Positions 25,187-37,906 of a stretch of 64,000 nt of DNA are shown in pieces. The notes below the pieces were generated by a model. It was given only the letters and a program-made list of their open reading frames with translations, searched no databases and was not told the origin of the DNA. Numbering within the stretch: position 1 is the first letter of the stretch; each line of letters starts with the position of its first letter. Position numbers and translations under genes: made by a program. Where the stretch lies: assembly GCF_000372725.1 (NCBI RefSeq), contig NW_005201791.1, forward strand, positions 117,788 to 181,787. The letters run 5' to 3'. Origin of the DNA: Emiliania huxleyi CCMP1516. Lineage: Eukaryota.

Positions 25187-25984
25187 ATGGTCGAGGCACC
25201 AGGGGTCGTTCTTCGCCCACAGCAGCAACTGGCAGAGCAGGCGCAACGACGCCCGCCCGACTGGGTGGCATACACAGACGGGTCGGAAGACCTAGGGAAA
25301 GCAGGGTGGGCCTATACAGTACTCATCGGGGGCGACGCAATCGGCGATAGGGGCGCGTCGCTGGCGAGCGAGGGCTACGGGCCAGTTGTCACTTCGGCGG
25401 CGCACCCAGCTTACCTCGGCGCGCGAAGGCATACCAACAACACGGCGGAACTAACCGCCCTAGCCGAGCTCCTCCGGGCTCTCCTGTCCTCGTCACCGCA
25501 ACGAGCGGGCTCACGCGGAGTAGTGCGGACCGACAGCGAGTACGCGGCGGCGTGCATGATGGGGAGGGTGACCCCCAAAACGAACAGACAGCTAGCGGAG
25601 CGCCTTCGTTCCCTCTGGCGACGCCTTCGCGCCAAACACACCGTGACGTGGAGGCATGTGGCGGGTCACAGCGGCAACAAATGGAACGACTACGTCGACG
25701 AGCTAGCTGCTCGCGGCAGGCAAGGTGACAGAGGCTCAAACGCTGCCGAGTGGGCGGACAACACCATCCCGACGGACACTCCCGACGAGGGGAGCGACAC
25801 GGAAGGACCCGCCCCCGCCCCTCGGGGCGGGGGCCCCCGCCCCCCCGGGGGGCCCTTTGGGGCCCCTCCAGGGGGCGACCCCTCCGGGGAGGCCGGCCCT
25901 CCCCGTGCCGGTTCTCCCCAAGCAACCAACCCCGCCGGCAGCGCGAGCTGCCGGCCAGGGGTGGCGGGCGGGCGGGCGTTTTGA
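25187..25984 (+). mobile_element. RNase HI-like domain, probably a retroelement relic
   Basis: YTDGS, TNNTAELTAL, VRTDSEYA and WRHVAGHSGNKWNDYVDELA supply the D-E-D-D catalytic set. The ORF is intronless and followed by an A-rich tract. No RT is nearby. Confidence 0.8.
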
Positions 25985-26657
25985 AAAACAGAAAACAGAA
26001 AACAAGAGGGGGCCCGGGGGCCCGAGACCCCACTGGGAGTAGAAGATACGCCCAAGGGGGCCCAAGGAGGCGGCGCGGGGAAGCAGCATCAGGTGAGAGC
26101 ACCAGGAAGGATGGCGCTTAGGGTCGGCTTTGAACAAGGGTTTCCAGGTTTTAGATCAGTATTGGTGTCGGCACACATCCCCACATTGAGGTCAGCGGCG
26201 CGCAGTGCCTCTCTCGCAGGCTGATTTTGGCTGTTTTCGAGCTTGTTTTTGTTTTCAGTCTAGGGGGCCCGACCCCCTCAGAGGCGGCGGGCGGGCGCCC
26301 ACAGATCCAGAGATCAAAAACGCTCGGCCTCGCTGTCTGGTGCTAATGGTTACGGTAATCGGTAAGGTAAGGTAAGGTAAACTTCTCCACACACACGAGG
26401 TGGTGGGGCAAGGGGGGGCAACCCTCGCGTCTCCACGTCTAACGACAGGAGCCCCACGGCATTTTCCATTTAAAGTGCAAGGCCCGGTAATCGGTAAACG
26501 GTATGTGTACGGCTCTAAGAGGCGGTGCGGGCGCCGGCCGGTGACGCCGGGCGCGTACACACGAACACGTAATAAGCTCCCCAGACCTCAAGAAAGGAAT
26601 CAGACCACAGACCTCACACCAAAATAAGAAATGATTTAGCGAGAGCAAGTCCAGTGC

Positions 26658-28234
26658 TCATCGCGACGGCGCCGGTGCGAGAGCCATCGGGACCAGCAGT
26701 AGCGCCGCGAGGGCGAAAGCGCAGTTGAGGAGGAAGGGGAGGGTGGGGACGCCGGAGGCGGTGCCCGTGACGTAGAGCTGCCCATACACGAGCGGGCCGA
26801 GCACCTTGAGCCACGCCACCAGGTTGGCGCGGTCGCCCGAGAGCTGGCCCTGCGGGATCCCAAGCCGCGACCCCTCGGAGGTGATCATCGTCGAGGCGCC
26901 AAGCGTGCGCGCAGGCCCGAGCAGGCCGGCGGCGGCGCCGACCATCGCGACGCGCGGCACGCCCGTCGAGAAGCCCGCCCAGAAGAGGAGGGTCGAGCCC
27001 GTGCAGAGGAGTGTGAAGAGCTGCAGGCCGAGCCGCTTGATGAGCGTGGCGCTGAGCGTGTTTGCGATGACGCCCTGGATCGCGACGCCCGTGAACAGCC
27101 GCGACACCTGCGTGTTGGTCAGCTTCCAGTGGCTCAGGCAGAAGACCTGCAGCGTGTCCCCCATGAAGAGCGGCGCGAGGCTCAGTGCCATCAGCGCCGA
27201 CAGCAGCCTGGTGCAGGAACATAAAGGGCTGAGGGTGGGAATACGAGTCTCTCACGCCAACGCTGTGAAGGACCATCGCAGGCGCGTCCATGCCGACGAA
27301 CACGCGTCTTCTCGAGCGCTGGACAGGGGTTCGGTGCTTCGCATCTACGCTGTTGTGGCCTCATCAGGCGGCTCATTCCGAGGAGACGTGTGAAGGCGAA
27401 CGGGTTGAAGCTGCGCAGCTGGAACGGGACGCGGTCGGCCAGAGGGAGAGACTCGCGGATGCCGTTCGCGCCGAGGAGCAGTCCGCACAGGCCCACGGCG
27501 GCGGAGGCTGCGTAGCGGTACCGCAAGCCGCTCGGCAGGAGGCCCGACAGCGCGACGCCGAGGCCAAAGCTGCCGTTGACGAGCGCAAAGAGGATGCCCG
27601 ACGCCGCGGCTAGCTTGGCAGGCTCCGAGCGGAAGTTGTCGGCGAGGAGGGCACCGGCGGCGAGGAAGAAGATGCCGATGACGAGCGAGGCGACAAACTT
27701 GGAGAGCGCCACCAGCGCGACCGTCGGGTAGACCGCGGTGGCCAGGTTGGTGAGGCACGCCACGAGCATCGTGCCGACGACGACAGGCTTCCGACCGAGG
27801 CTGTCCGTCAGGCCTCCGAAGAATGGCGACAGCGCAATCTCGGCGGCAGCGCTGGTCGCGGACAGCAGGGTCAGCAGCCGCATGCCTCGTTCGCTACCAA
27901 GCGTATTCATCATGAAGAGCGCTGGCTCAAGAGTAACGAGCGAGATGCCCACGATGAAGACGAAAGCGGTCAACTGGAGTGGCAGCGCAGGCGATGATTT
28001 CGCCGGTGCTGCAGGACTCTCGGCCACGCTGCGGATGCTCGCGGCTCCGCCGCGGAGCCGCGCGGACGGCAGGAGAGGTTGGCGTCTAGCACACGCGCTG
28101 GCTAAGACGCACGTGCTGACCCTCGCTGCTGATGCAGGTGCTGCTGGTGTACGGACCTGTTGCAAGGCTGCCGTGGACGCAGGCGGGCTGGCGAAGAGTA
28201 GTGTGGTGAACACTAGAGCTCGGCTGGGCACCAT
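26658..28234 (-). CDS. Major facilitator superfamily transporter (TetA/DHA1-like), two exons
   Basis: Motif A GGLTDSLGRKPV; ESLP...FNPF; QGQLSG...KVLGPLVYG...PF; N-terminal signal/transit-like peptide. Confidence 0.85.
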
Positions 28235-28576
28235 CTCTCAGCTCGAGGTCTACGCTTCTGAACCGTGGCGGTGCCATTACCCAGAACACGGAAAAGAATT
28301 TACAAATTTGTGTTTACTTTAAGGCCCTTGCCCTGCGAACGCGCACCCGTGTCCCTCGCGGCCGCGCGTCAGGTGTTTCAAGAAAAAGGACACGCGGAGA
28401 ATCCTGGCGCTCGTCCCATCCCCCCTTGGGTTGTCCGTTTTCTTTCTTTCTTTCTTTCGACACAGTCAGTTGCATTCGCCTTGCATATTAGATTAATTTG
28501 CATCGTCCCCTACCTTCACGGTACCCAACCCCAAGTGTGTAGAAGGGGGCGCTCAATCGTGGTTCACCCCTCTACT

Positions 28577-29820
28577 ATGCGGCCCCTCCACCCGCGCAAC
28601 CTGGAGAGCGACATTACCTTCATGCAGAACGGCGGCGGACATACGATGGACACGATGCGTGAGCACGTGGAAAGAAGGCTGTCGTGCTCGGCCAAGGTGC
28701 TCGCGCTATTGAGCTCAAATTCCGACGCGCCGGACGCGAGACTGCCGGACCCGCTCGTTTTCGTGACGGGGGAGCGATCTCTGCCCACGAGCGTCTTCCT
28801 GCCTCACGCGTTGGAGGGCTCGGCCGACAACATCTCCGCCGCGGACCTGTGCGCCTGGGCGCGGGTGTGCTCGGCCTGGGCCGGGTGGGTGCGCCGCCTG
28901 CTCGCCGACCCCTCGTCGCTTCGCTGGCTGTGGGCCCGGCTGGTTGAGTCCCACATCCAAGAGGCCGGCATCGCGTGCCTTCGCCACCCTGAGCTCTCGA
29001 CTCGGTCTACCCTCCGCGTGCTGCTCTCGGAGCAGCGAGAGAGGGACGAAGGCACGACCGCCGCGATGGATGCCCTCGCTGGAGAGGATGTCGAGATGGC
29101 CGACCCGTCGAAGGTCTGGCCGTCCGAAGTCGCAGGAGGCGTGGCCGACCTGTTCGCCTTCTTCGCAAACTTTTCCGACGCGCCCGACATCGAGTACGAG
29201 GAGCACGCGCGGCCCCACGGCATGCTGTCGGACCTCGCTTTCCGGCCGTACCTCGGTGCGCAAGGCGAGTACGCTGCCCCGGAGGCGGCTTGGGAGACGA
29301 GAGACATGGTGGTTGGCCTGTGCGACATCGTCCGCGAGTACTCGGAGTGGGTGCGCGAGTCGCAAGACGTCAGCCAGAACCTCATCCTCAGCACGATCTT
29401 GCTGCCGCAGCTGCACAGCATCATGCGCAGCCTGATGACGTTTCTCGAGATTGACGACACGTCCCAGCAGGATGGGCATCCTAGATCTCTCACCGTGCGC
29501 GCTTCCTCCCTCCACAGCACATGCACCGCGCGGGGCATATGCAGTTTGTCCACTGCACCCTCTTCTCGCCATCGCAGGACGAGGCGCATCTCCGCGCAGC
29601 AATCACCGACGACAAGGCGGCGAAGCTCGCCGCCGCGCTGCGCGGCTTTGCCTGCTTCTTCCCGTCGCGCGCAGACGTGGAGCGCACGGCCCGCGGCCGA
29701 GCGATCCACGCCGGACGCTTCGAGGAGGTGCTCGTGTCGGACCCTGCGGGCGGCTTCCGCTTCCGCATGCAGGAGCCGGGCGCCTTCCTCCCGAGCTTTC
29801 TGCGTCGCCTGCCGCAATGA
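28577..29820 (+). CDS. Hypothetical protein with an F-box-like segment, two exons
   Basis: Long ORF with coding-like composition containing ISAADLCAWARVCSAW. An intron at 29471-29577 joins it to DEAHLRAAI...RRLPQ-stop. Confidence 0.55.
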
Positions 29821-30388
29821 GACACACCCGGAGGAGGATGAGTGAGCCGATGTCGAGGCCCGGGACGGGTGGCCGGGGCTGGAGTCGTCGACGGCTCGCG
29901 CTGTGCTGTTCGAGCGGCGAGCCGGCCACGCACTGCATCGGCCAGGGTCGGGGGAGGGGCGGGGGATGGCGCACGCATGCGCGCAGTCAGTCAGCTAGTC
30001 AGTCAGAGACACGCCTCCGCCACCGGCTGACGCCAAAGGCATCGGCGCGCCACAGCCATCGGGAGACCAACGGCATCGGCCGCCTCTGTGTCCGCAGACT
30101 GACTCCTGCTTACACAATCGAATGCGGTATGGTGGACGCAAGACGGGCGGTGGCGGTCATGTTAAGTAAAAAAGAAAAATGCGGCGCCTTCTCTCTGAAG
30201 CCTGCCCCCGCCCGTGCACGCCCAAAACAACACAATGAAAGCCTGGCGAGTGGAGAACACGCCTCACTTTTTCACAGGGGGGATCCGTCTGGAATGCTTT
30301 TCGCTGCGCATGCTCGAGCCCCCGGCGAGGGCTTGTGCTGTGAACGTAGCAGGCGTGGTCTCTACCCGCCAGGTTCAAAGCGTCATCG

Positions 30389-31774
30389 ATGGCTTCCCTT
30401 CGCCTCTCCCTTCTCCTCTCCCTTCTCCCCGCGACCGCGGCGGCCACGCGGGGCGAGCCCGGGTTCGTCGGGGGGCACGCCTCCGGCTCGGACGTGGCCA
30501 AACTCGCCGCGACCGGCCTGAGCGGCAGCGTCGTCGGCGGCGGTGGCAGCGGCGGCAACCAGGCCTCGGCGGCGGCGCTCTCGACGACCGTCCTGGAGAG
30601 GCGGGACGGGCTCCCGTGCGCGACAAACGGCGCGGCGACCGTCCTGAGCGGCAGCGTCAGCATCGGCTTCTTCGCGAGCGCCTTCTCGTGGCTCGCGGCG
30701 GGTCCGCCGAAGGTCGCCGCCGTAGCCGCCGCCGTCATCGGCACGGTGATGTGGCGCCGCGACTCAAAGGCCCGCCGCCTCGGCTGGTCCAGCCTGCTCG
30801 GCATTCTTCTCTGCTTGGCCACCGTCTCTGGCGGCTTGGTCACCGCCGCTAGCGGCGCCGCGCTTGTCGCATCCTCAGCCGCGCTGCCAGACGTCGCATC
30901 CGCGCTGCCAGACGTTGCTGCTCTCCCCGCCGAGCCACCGAGCACGCCACCCGCCGCCCCGCCTGCCGCCGCCTCGCCGGCGGCTCCTTTGCCGGCGGCT
31001 CCTCTGCCGGCGGCTCCTCTGCCGGCGGAGGAGTGCTATCCGGGCATCCCCGGTGGGCTGGTTTGCCCGCCCGGGCACTTCCTCGGCTTTGGCAACAAAG
31101 GCGGGTGCCGGACCACGACGTGCGAGACTGGCCAGTACACCGCCCTCCGGGGCATCACCACATTTAACGCGTGCGCGGAAAGGTGCCTCCGTGATGCCAG
31201 CTGCAAGGCGTTCGAGTGGTTCCCTCGACCCCGCGGGCTGCTCCCTTCCAGGGCACCGTGCGAGATCCACCGCGATGTCCCCGTGCAAACAGCGGCCGAC
31301 TGCGGGGAGACTGGCCTCAACCTCGACCACTGTTGCTGCGTCAAGGCGCCCCCCTCGCCCTCGCCGCCGCCGCCGGCTCCGCCCTCGCCGCCGCCGCCCC
31401 CGCCGCTGTCGTCCTCGCCGCCGCCCACGCCGCCGCCTCCGGCACCGCCGCCGCCTGCCCCTCCGCCACCCACGCTGCCGCCGCCGTCGCTGTCGCCCTC
31501 GCCACCGCCATCCGGCTCGCCGTCGCCGCCGCCGCCCACTCCGCCGCCTCCGTCCGCCTTGCCTGCGCCGCCGCCGTCCGCCTCGCCCTCTCCGCCGCCG
31601 CCGTCCGCCTCGCCGTCGCCGCCGCCGCCTCTGCCGCCGCCTCCCTCCGCCCTGCCTGCGCCGCCGCCGTCCGCCTTGCCCTCTCCGCCGCCGCCGTCCG
31701 CCTCGCCGTCGCCGCCGCCGCCTCTGCCGCCGCCTAGGGGAACAACGAGACACAAATGGGACAAGCGCCACTAA
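30389..31774 (+). CDS. Secreted or membrane proline-rich protein with a PAN/apple-like Cys domain
   Basis: Signal peptide MASLRLSLLLSLLPATAAA, hydrophobic segments, TFNACAERCLRDASCKAFEW...CEIH, and an extensin-like SPSPPPP tail. Confidence 0.65.
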   Translation: MASLRLSLLLSLLPATAAATRGEPGFVGGHASGSDVAKLAATGLSGSVVGGGGSGGNQASAAALSTTVLERRDGLPCATNGAATVLSGSVSIGFFASAFSWLAAGPPKVAAVAAAVIGTVMWRRDSKARRLGWSSLLGILLCLATVSGGLVTAASGAALVASSAALPDVASALPDVAALPAEPPSTPPAAPPAAASPAAPLPAAPLPAAPLPAEECYPGIPGGLVCPPGHFLGFGNKGGCRTTTCETGQYTALRGITTFNACAERCLRDASCKAFEWFPRPRGLLPSRAPCEIHRDVPVQTAADCGETGLNLDHCCCVKAPPSPSPPPPAPPSPPPPPPLSSSPPPTPPPPAPPPPAPPPPTLPPPSLSPSPPPSGSPSPPPPTPPPPSALPAPPPSASPSPPPPSASPSPPPPLPPPPSALPAPPPSALPSPPPPSASPSPPPPLPPPRGTTRHKWDKRH

Positions 31775-32058
31775 CTAACTACCTGCCTGCAGCAGAAGCA
31801 CATCGAGGAAGGAGCAGCTCATCAGCTCATGCCAGACTCGCTGATTGAGATGACTATCACGGCGCTCTTTGGGTCAGACCTGTGCGTTACGTCACACCAA
31901 TTCTCGCTACCCAACGCGGCCAAAGGATATCCACCTCGAGAACCTCGAGAACCTTGCCGATCCACCCGCAAATGAACGATCCACCCGCCATGAGGTGCAA
32001 TGAACGACCGAACGCCGGTTCCGCCAGCATTGGCTAGAGCACGCGGCTGGGGCTGGCG

Positions 32059-32865
32059 ATGAGGAGGCGGCTACATCGCATCACCCTACTTGTATGCCTT
32101 CTAGAGCAGCAGATGGGGGAAACGGCACCCTCGCCGGCACCCTCACCCTCGCCGTCGTCGCGCTGTGCGGCGTGGTGCGAGAGGCATACCGCCCCGAACA
32201 AGTGCACATGGGCAAAGTGCGACGGCTGTTCATTCTGCGTGGACCCTCCCCCGCCTCCCTCACCCTCGCCGTCGTCGCGCTGTGCAGCGTGGTGCGAGAG
32301 GCATACCGCCCCGAACAAGTGCACATGGGCAAAGTGCGACGGCTGTTTATTCTGCGTGGACCCTCCCCCGCCACCCTCACCCTCGCCGTCGTCGCGCTGT
32401 GCGGCGTGGTGCGAGAGGCAAACTGCCCCAAACAAGTGCACATGGGCAAAGTGCGACGGCTGTTTATTCTGCGTGGAGGACCCTCCGACTCCGCCGCCTC
32501 CCCCGTCCTCACCTGCTGCCTGTGCCGCGACAACCATGTCTGGCGACAGCGACATTCGGCTGCAGGGTCCAGACTTTGCCACCTCGGCTGCAGCCACCCC
32601 ACGCCCCAATATAATCGATATGCTTCTCGACGACGCGGCGCCATCTGTGCATGTGCACGCTCTTGGGGCCGCTGATGCCGACACGCCTCGCATGGATCAG
32701 CTTGTGGCCTCTGGTGTCAAGCTATCATCCTATTACGTCCCTCAGCCTCTTCCTATCTCTCTTCGCAGTCTCTCGCCGATTCTCGCTGCAACCTTCATGC
32801 CACCTCGCGGTCGTCCCACTCTCGTCGTTCTTTCCCTTGTCACTTCCTCCTCTGATGGGAGGTGA
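32059..32865 (+). pseudogene. Three Cys-rich repeats followed by a truncated arylsulfatase N-terminus
   Basis: Three copies of CAAWCERHTAPNKCTWAKCDGC.FC, then RPNIIDMLLDD...TPRMDQLVASGVKLSSYYVPQP. The expected CxPxR and the rest of the sulfatase are absent. Confidence 0.6.
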
Positions 32866-33142
32866 GTTTGGCCGGCGTCGCGCACGTCTCTTTCTTTTTT
32901 GCGAGGGAGTTGCTCTGTAAGATTCTTTTTTGTGAGGCACCAAGCGGACACTCTTCATTGGCTCCGGCTTGACGATGGCGCCAGCGCTTCTGCTAGCCAG
33001 CCTCTCCTTCTCACCGTCGTCGCGCCCGCTCGCGACGCACACACGCGCAGCACCTGCGCAGGCAGCGCTCTTCGGCCCAGGTGAGCGAACGCAAAGCAAG
33101 CTCGCCGGACAATAGATAGCACGCGTCGCTCTCTTCTGCTTA

Positions 33143-34970
<1,828 letters not shown>

Positions 34971-35864
34971 CGAGATCTAGCCGAGATCGAGCCGAGATTC
35001 AGCCGAGATTCAGCCGAGATCGAGCCGAGATCGAGCCGAGAGATCGAGCCGCGAGAGCAGTTGTCTCGTGTGAGGGGTAGTGCAGGGAGGCGTCAAGGTA
35101 TTGCGGCTGCTGCGCGTGCGGTGGCTGCTGTGCAAGAGATACGAAAAGAGGCATGACACGGTTGCCATACGGCTTTAGGCGCTCTCGCTGCGCCCGAGAC
35201 GGCGGCGCCCGCCCAGGCGCGCGACGGGTTCGACACGCTCTTCGACGGAGCAGGCGAGATACGCCGAGGCACATGCACATGCACATGCACATGCACATGC
35301 ACAGGCACGTGCACATGCACATGCACATGCACATGTCCATGCACGTGCACATGCAGAGCTGGGGTTGGAGAACTGAGTTCGGCCGGGACGTCCTACAGGC
35401 GCGTGGAAATCTGGCAAGTCGGTGCCGGAGACGCGCCTCTGAGCAAAGGCTCCAAGCGGAGGGGGCTGACTTTAGCCGCCCGACACCGTGCCGCCGGCGG
35501 GGGCGGAGGGTCGATGCATCTCCTCCAAGCCAGCCTCGCGGAGACGAGGAAGTAGGGAGAGGGGCGGCGGGGAGTCGGGTGGGCCATGGGGGTGCGGGGT
35601 ATCAGGAAGCGCACACACGGACTGCGAGCTCTCTCTGACCACGACGGAGGGCGTTCTGCTCTTGCTCTATAGGCGTATCTCTTGTACTCGCAGTTGCATT
35701 TATGTCTAGGGCGTGTGTGTGTAGAATGTACACACTGGCGCAAGGGCCGTCAGTGCCCACGCGAGAGGCGCTAATGCCTGTTTTTGCGCCTTGTCCGGAC
35801 TGGCTGCGTGGGCGGTGGTTCACGGTTGGCGTGCACCCGGTCTGAGCGATGCTCGAGTCGCTGC

Positions 35865-37286
35865 TCACAGCATCGCCCTCCTGCCCATGGCACTCTTGTA
35901 ATTGTTGTCCTCGTTCGGCAATGGAGTGTCGTCACACGCGCGGCACAGGCCAGCAATCATCTGCATGTCAAAGGGTGGCGGCGGCACGGACCACACGCGC
36001 ACGTGCTTGCGTGCGAGCGGGTCGCGCTCGATGAGGCCGATGAGGGCGTTTGCAAAATCGGCCAACTCGAAGGCGAGCGACACCTCCGATGTGTCCACCG
36101 GCGCGCCCGCGGTCGCCGTGTTCGCGCCCGCCACGTCGTCGCGCCGCAGGCTCGCCAGGAGGGAGCGTGAAATCACTGGAAGGCGGCTCAGTCGCTGCTG
36201 CGCACAGTTCATCGCAGCGGAAATATGGCGCTCCACGGCATTGAAGGCCTGCTCATTGAAGGCCGGGTCCTCTTCCTCCATCGCCTTCTCGTCCTTCTCG
36301 TCGAGCTCCTTCTGGTGGCACCGGCGCTGATAGAGCGCGTTAACCGCCGTGGGGATGTCGAACATGCCATCCGTGATGCCATCCGTGAGCGGCAAAAAGG
36401 TGACGGGCATCGGGCGGAAGCTCTGGTCGCCGATAATCGTGCCGCTCGGGCTGGCGAGCTTGCGGATCGCGTCGCGCAGATACGCGTCGGGCAGATCGCG
36501 CGGGATGAGGATGTTGAGCGCGCATGAGCCGCGAAGCGCCTCATTCTTGCCGTCCAGCATGATTGGCAATGGTGTGGCAGCTGCGCTGCCTGGCAAGCGC
36601 TTCCTGCCGCCGTCGATGGCGCGCACGATGGGCAGCACAAAGTTGAAGAAGTAGCCCATCGCGATGCCCGTGCCCGCCAGGCTGAGCGCGCGACGGTACT
36701 TACGCACGAGCGCCGCGACGTCCGCCTCCGGGTCGTCCTCGAGCATGAGGAGATTGTTGACAAAGTGCACGGTGCCGACGATAAATGCGAGCTCGAACAG
36801 CTCGCCACGCGTAACCGGCTCCGTGTCGGAGCGGAAGAGCAAGGCAAGCACGAGCAACACGAGCGCGATAGCGGCGCGCGTCACGTCCTTGGCGCGCCGG
36901 GTGCCGAGCCCAAGCAGCGCGGCCCACGTGGCGAGCACAAAGGGCAGCAGCGCGGCATCGAAGAGCATGAGACCGATGCTGCCCGCGAGTGCGTGGAAAG
37001 TCTCCTTATCTGCCTCTGCACCGGCGTGGGGCGCCATGCCCGCAAGCAGCCGGCCGTGCAAAGTCGCGCTGTCGGTCGCAATGTCCGTCACATTCGCTTC
37101 CTGCATGGCAGTGTAGATGGCGTGTGCCGCACCGCTCGCCGCAAGCGTCGCAAACAGTGCAAAGTCGGCGATGCGCCTGGCGTCCCATCCGCCGACCGGT
37201 CGGGGCGCCTCCTTCAACGGTGCTTTGAGCTCGTAGCACGCCCCGGGCGGCACGTCGTCGGCGTGTAAAGGTTGGGTGACCAGCAT
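35865..37286 (-). CDS. Transmembrane STING-family cyclic-dinucleotide receptor with a bacterial-type STING domain; 473 aa, intronless
   Basis: Three to four N-terminal hydrophobic helices, then AGTGIAMGYFFNFVLPIV, LNILIPRDL, SFRPMPV, MFDIPTAVNAL and FELADFANALIGLIERDPLARKHVRV. These are the ordered motifs of prokaryotic STING domains (A.GYF.NF..P; L.I.IP..L; R; D.PT; EL..F...L..LI). Confidence 0.82.
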   Translation of the reverse strand: MLVTQPLHADDVPPGACYELKAPLKEAPRPVGGWDARRIADFALFATLAASGAAHAIYTAMQEANVTDIATDSATLHGRLLAGMAPHAGAEADKETFHALAGSIGLMLFDAALLPFVLATWAALLGLGTRRAKDVTRAAIALVLLVLALLFRSDTEPVTRGELFELAFIVGTVHFVNNLLMLEDDPEADVAALVRKYRRALSLAGTGIAMGYFFNFVLPIVRAIDGGRKRLPGSAAATPLPIMLDGKNEALRGSCALNILIPRDLPDAYLRDAIRKLASPSGTIIGDQSFRPMPVTFLPLTDGITDGMFDIPTAVNALYQRRCHQKELDEKDEKAMEEEDPAFNEQAFNAVERHISAAMNCAQQRLSRLPVISRSLLASLRRDDVAGANTATAGAPVDTSEVSLAFELADFANALIGLIERDPLARKHVRVWSVPPPPFDMQMIAGLCRACDDTPLPNEDNNYKSAMGRRAML

Positions 37287-37906
37287 CGGGGAAATGCACA
37301 AGTTTTTATTCGGGATCCGATTTTTTGGACCAAGACGCCGTTCATGGAGACACGCCGTTGTTTTTTATGCTAAAGGTCCCTGCGCTCGGCACCGTCAACT
37401 CGGTGCGGCTCCCGTCAGATTCCACCTTTTAGAGCAGAAAGGCCAGTAGGTGCCTCCCTGTTTGTAGACATGCGTTTGTGCCCCGTTTGTGCCACGTCCC
37501 GTGCCCCCGAGTTCATTTTAGAAACTAGGCAAAGGGGAAAAAAAGCAGGGCGCTCGGAAAACTCGCGCCGCCGCGGCGTGTCTCCATCCGAGCCGCGCTC
37601 CTTGAGCTACTTGAGCACACTTTGCACTTTACAGAGGCGCGCTACGCCCCGAGGCAACGCCGCACCACCTAGCACGCCGCGCGGCCATCCGTAGCGCCTC
37701 GCGGAGCGCCTCGCTGCCGCGAGGACTCGGAACTGAAACGTGTGCAGACCGGTTGCGTCGCTTCGCCAGCGCCGAGCACCAAACCTCTCTGGGCTCGGCC
37801 CAGGCTCGCATGTGATCCCAGTGACTCCCGCATCGGTTTCTAGTCTGAGCTCACCGCCCACACGAGCTCGCCGTCTTCTCACTCCTCATGCCTGCAGCAG
37901 ACTCAC

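Noticed and set aside
25187..25984. Complete retrotransposon or host RNase H1 gene
   Set aside because: No RT, gag, integrase, LTRs or hybrid-binding domain was seen, so it is kept only as a relic.
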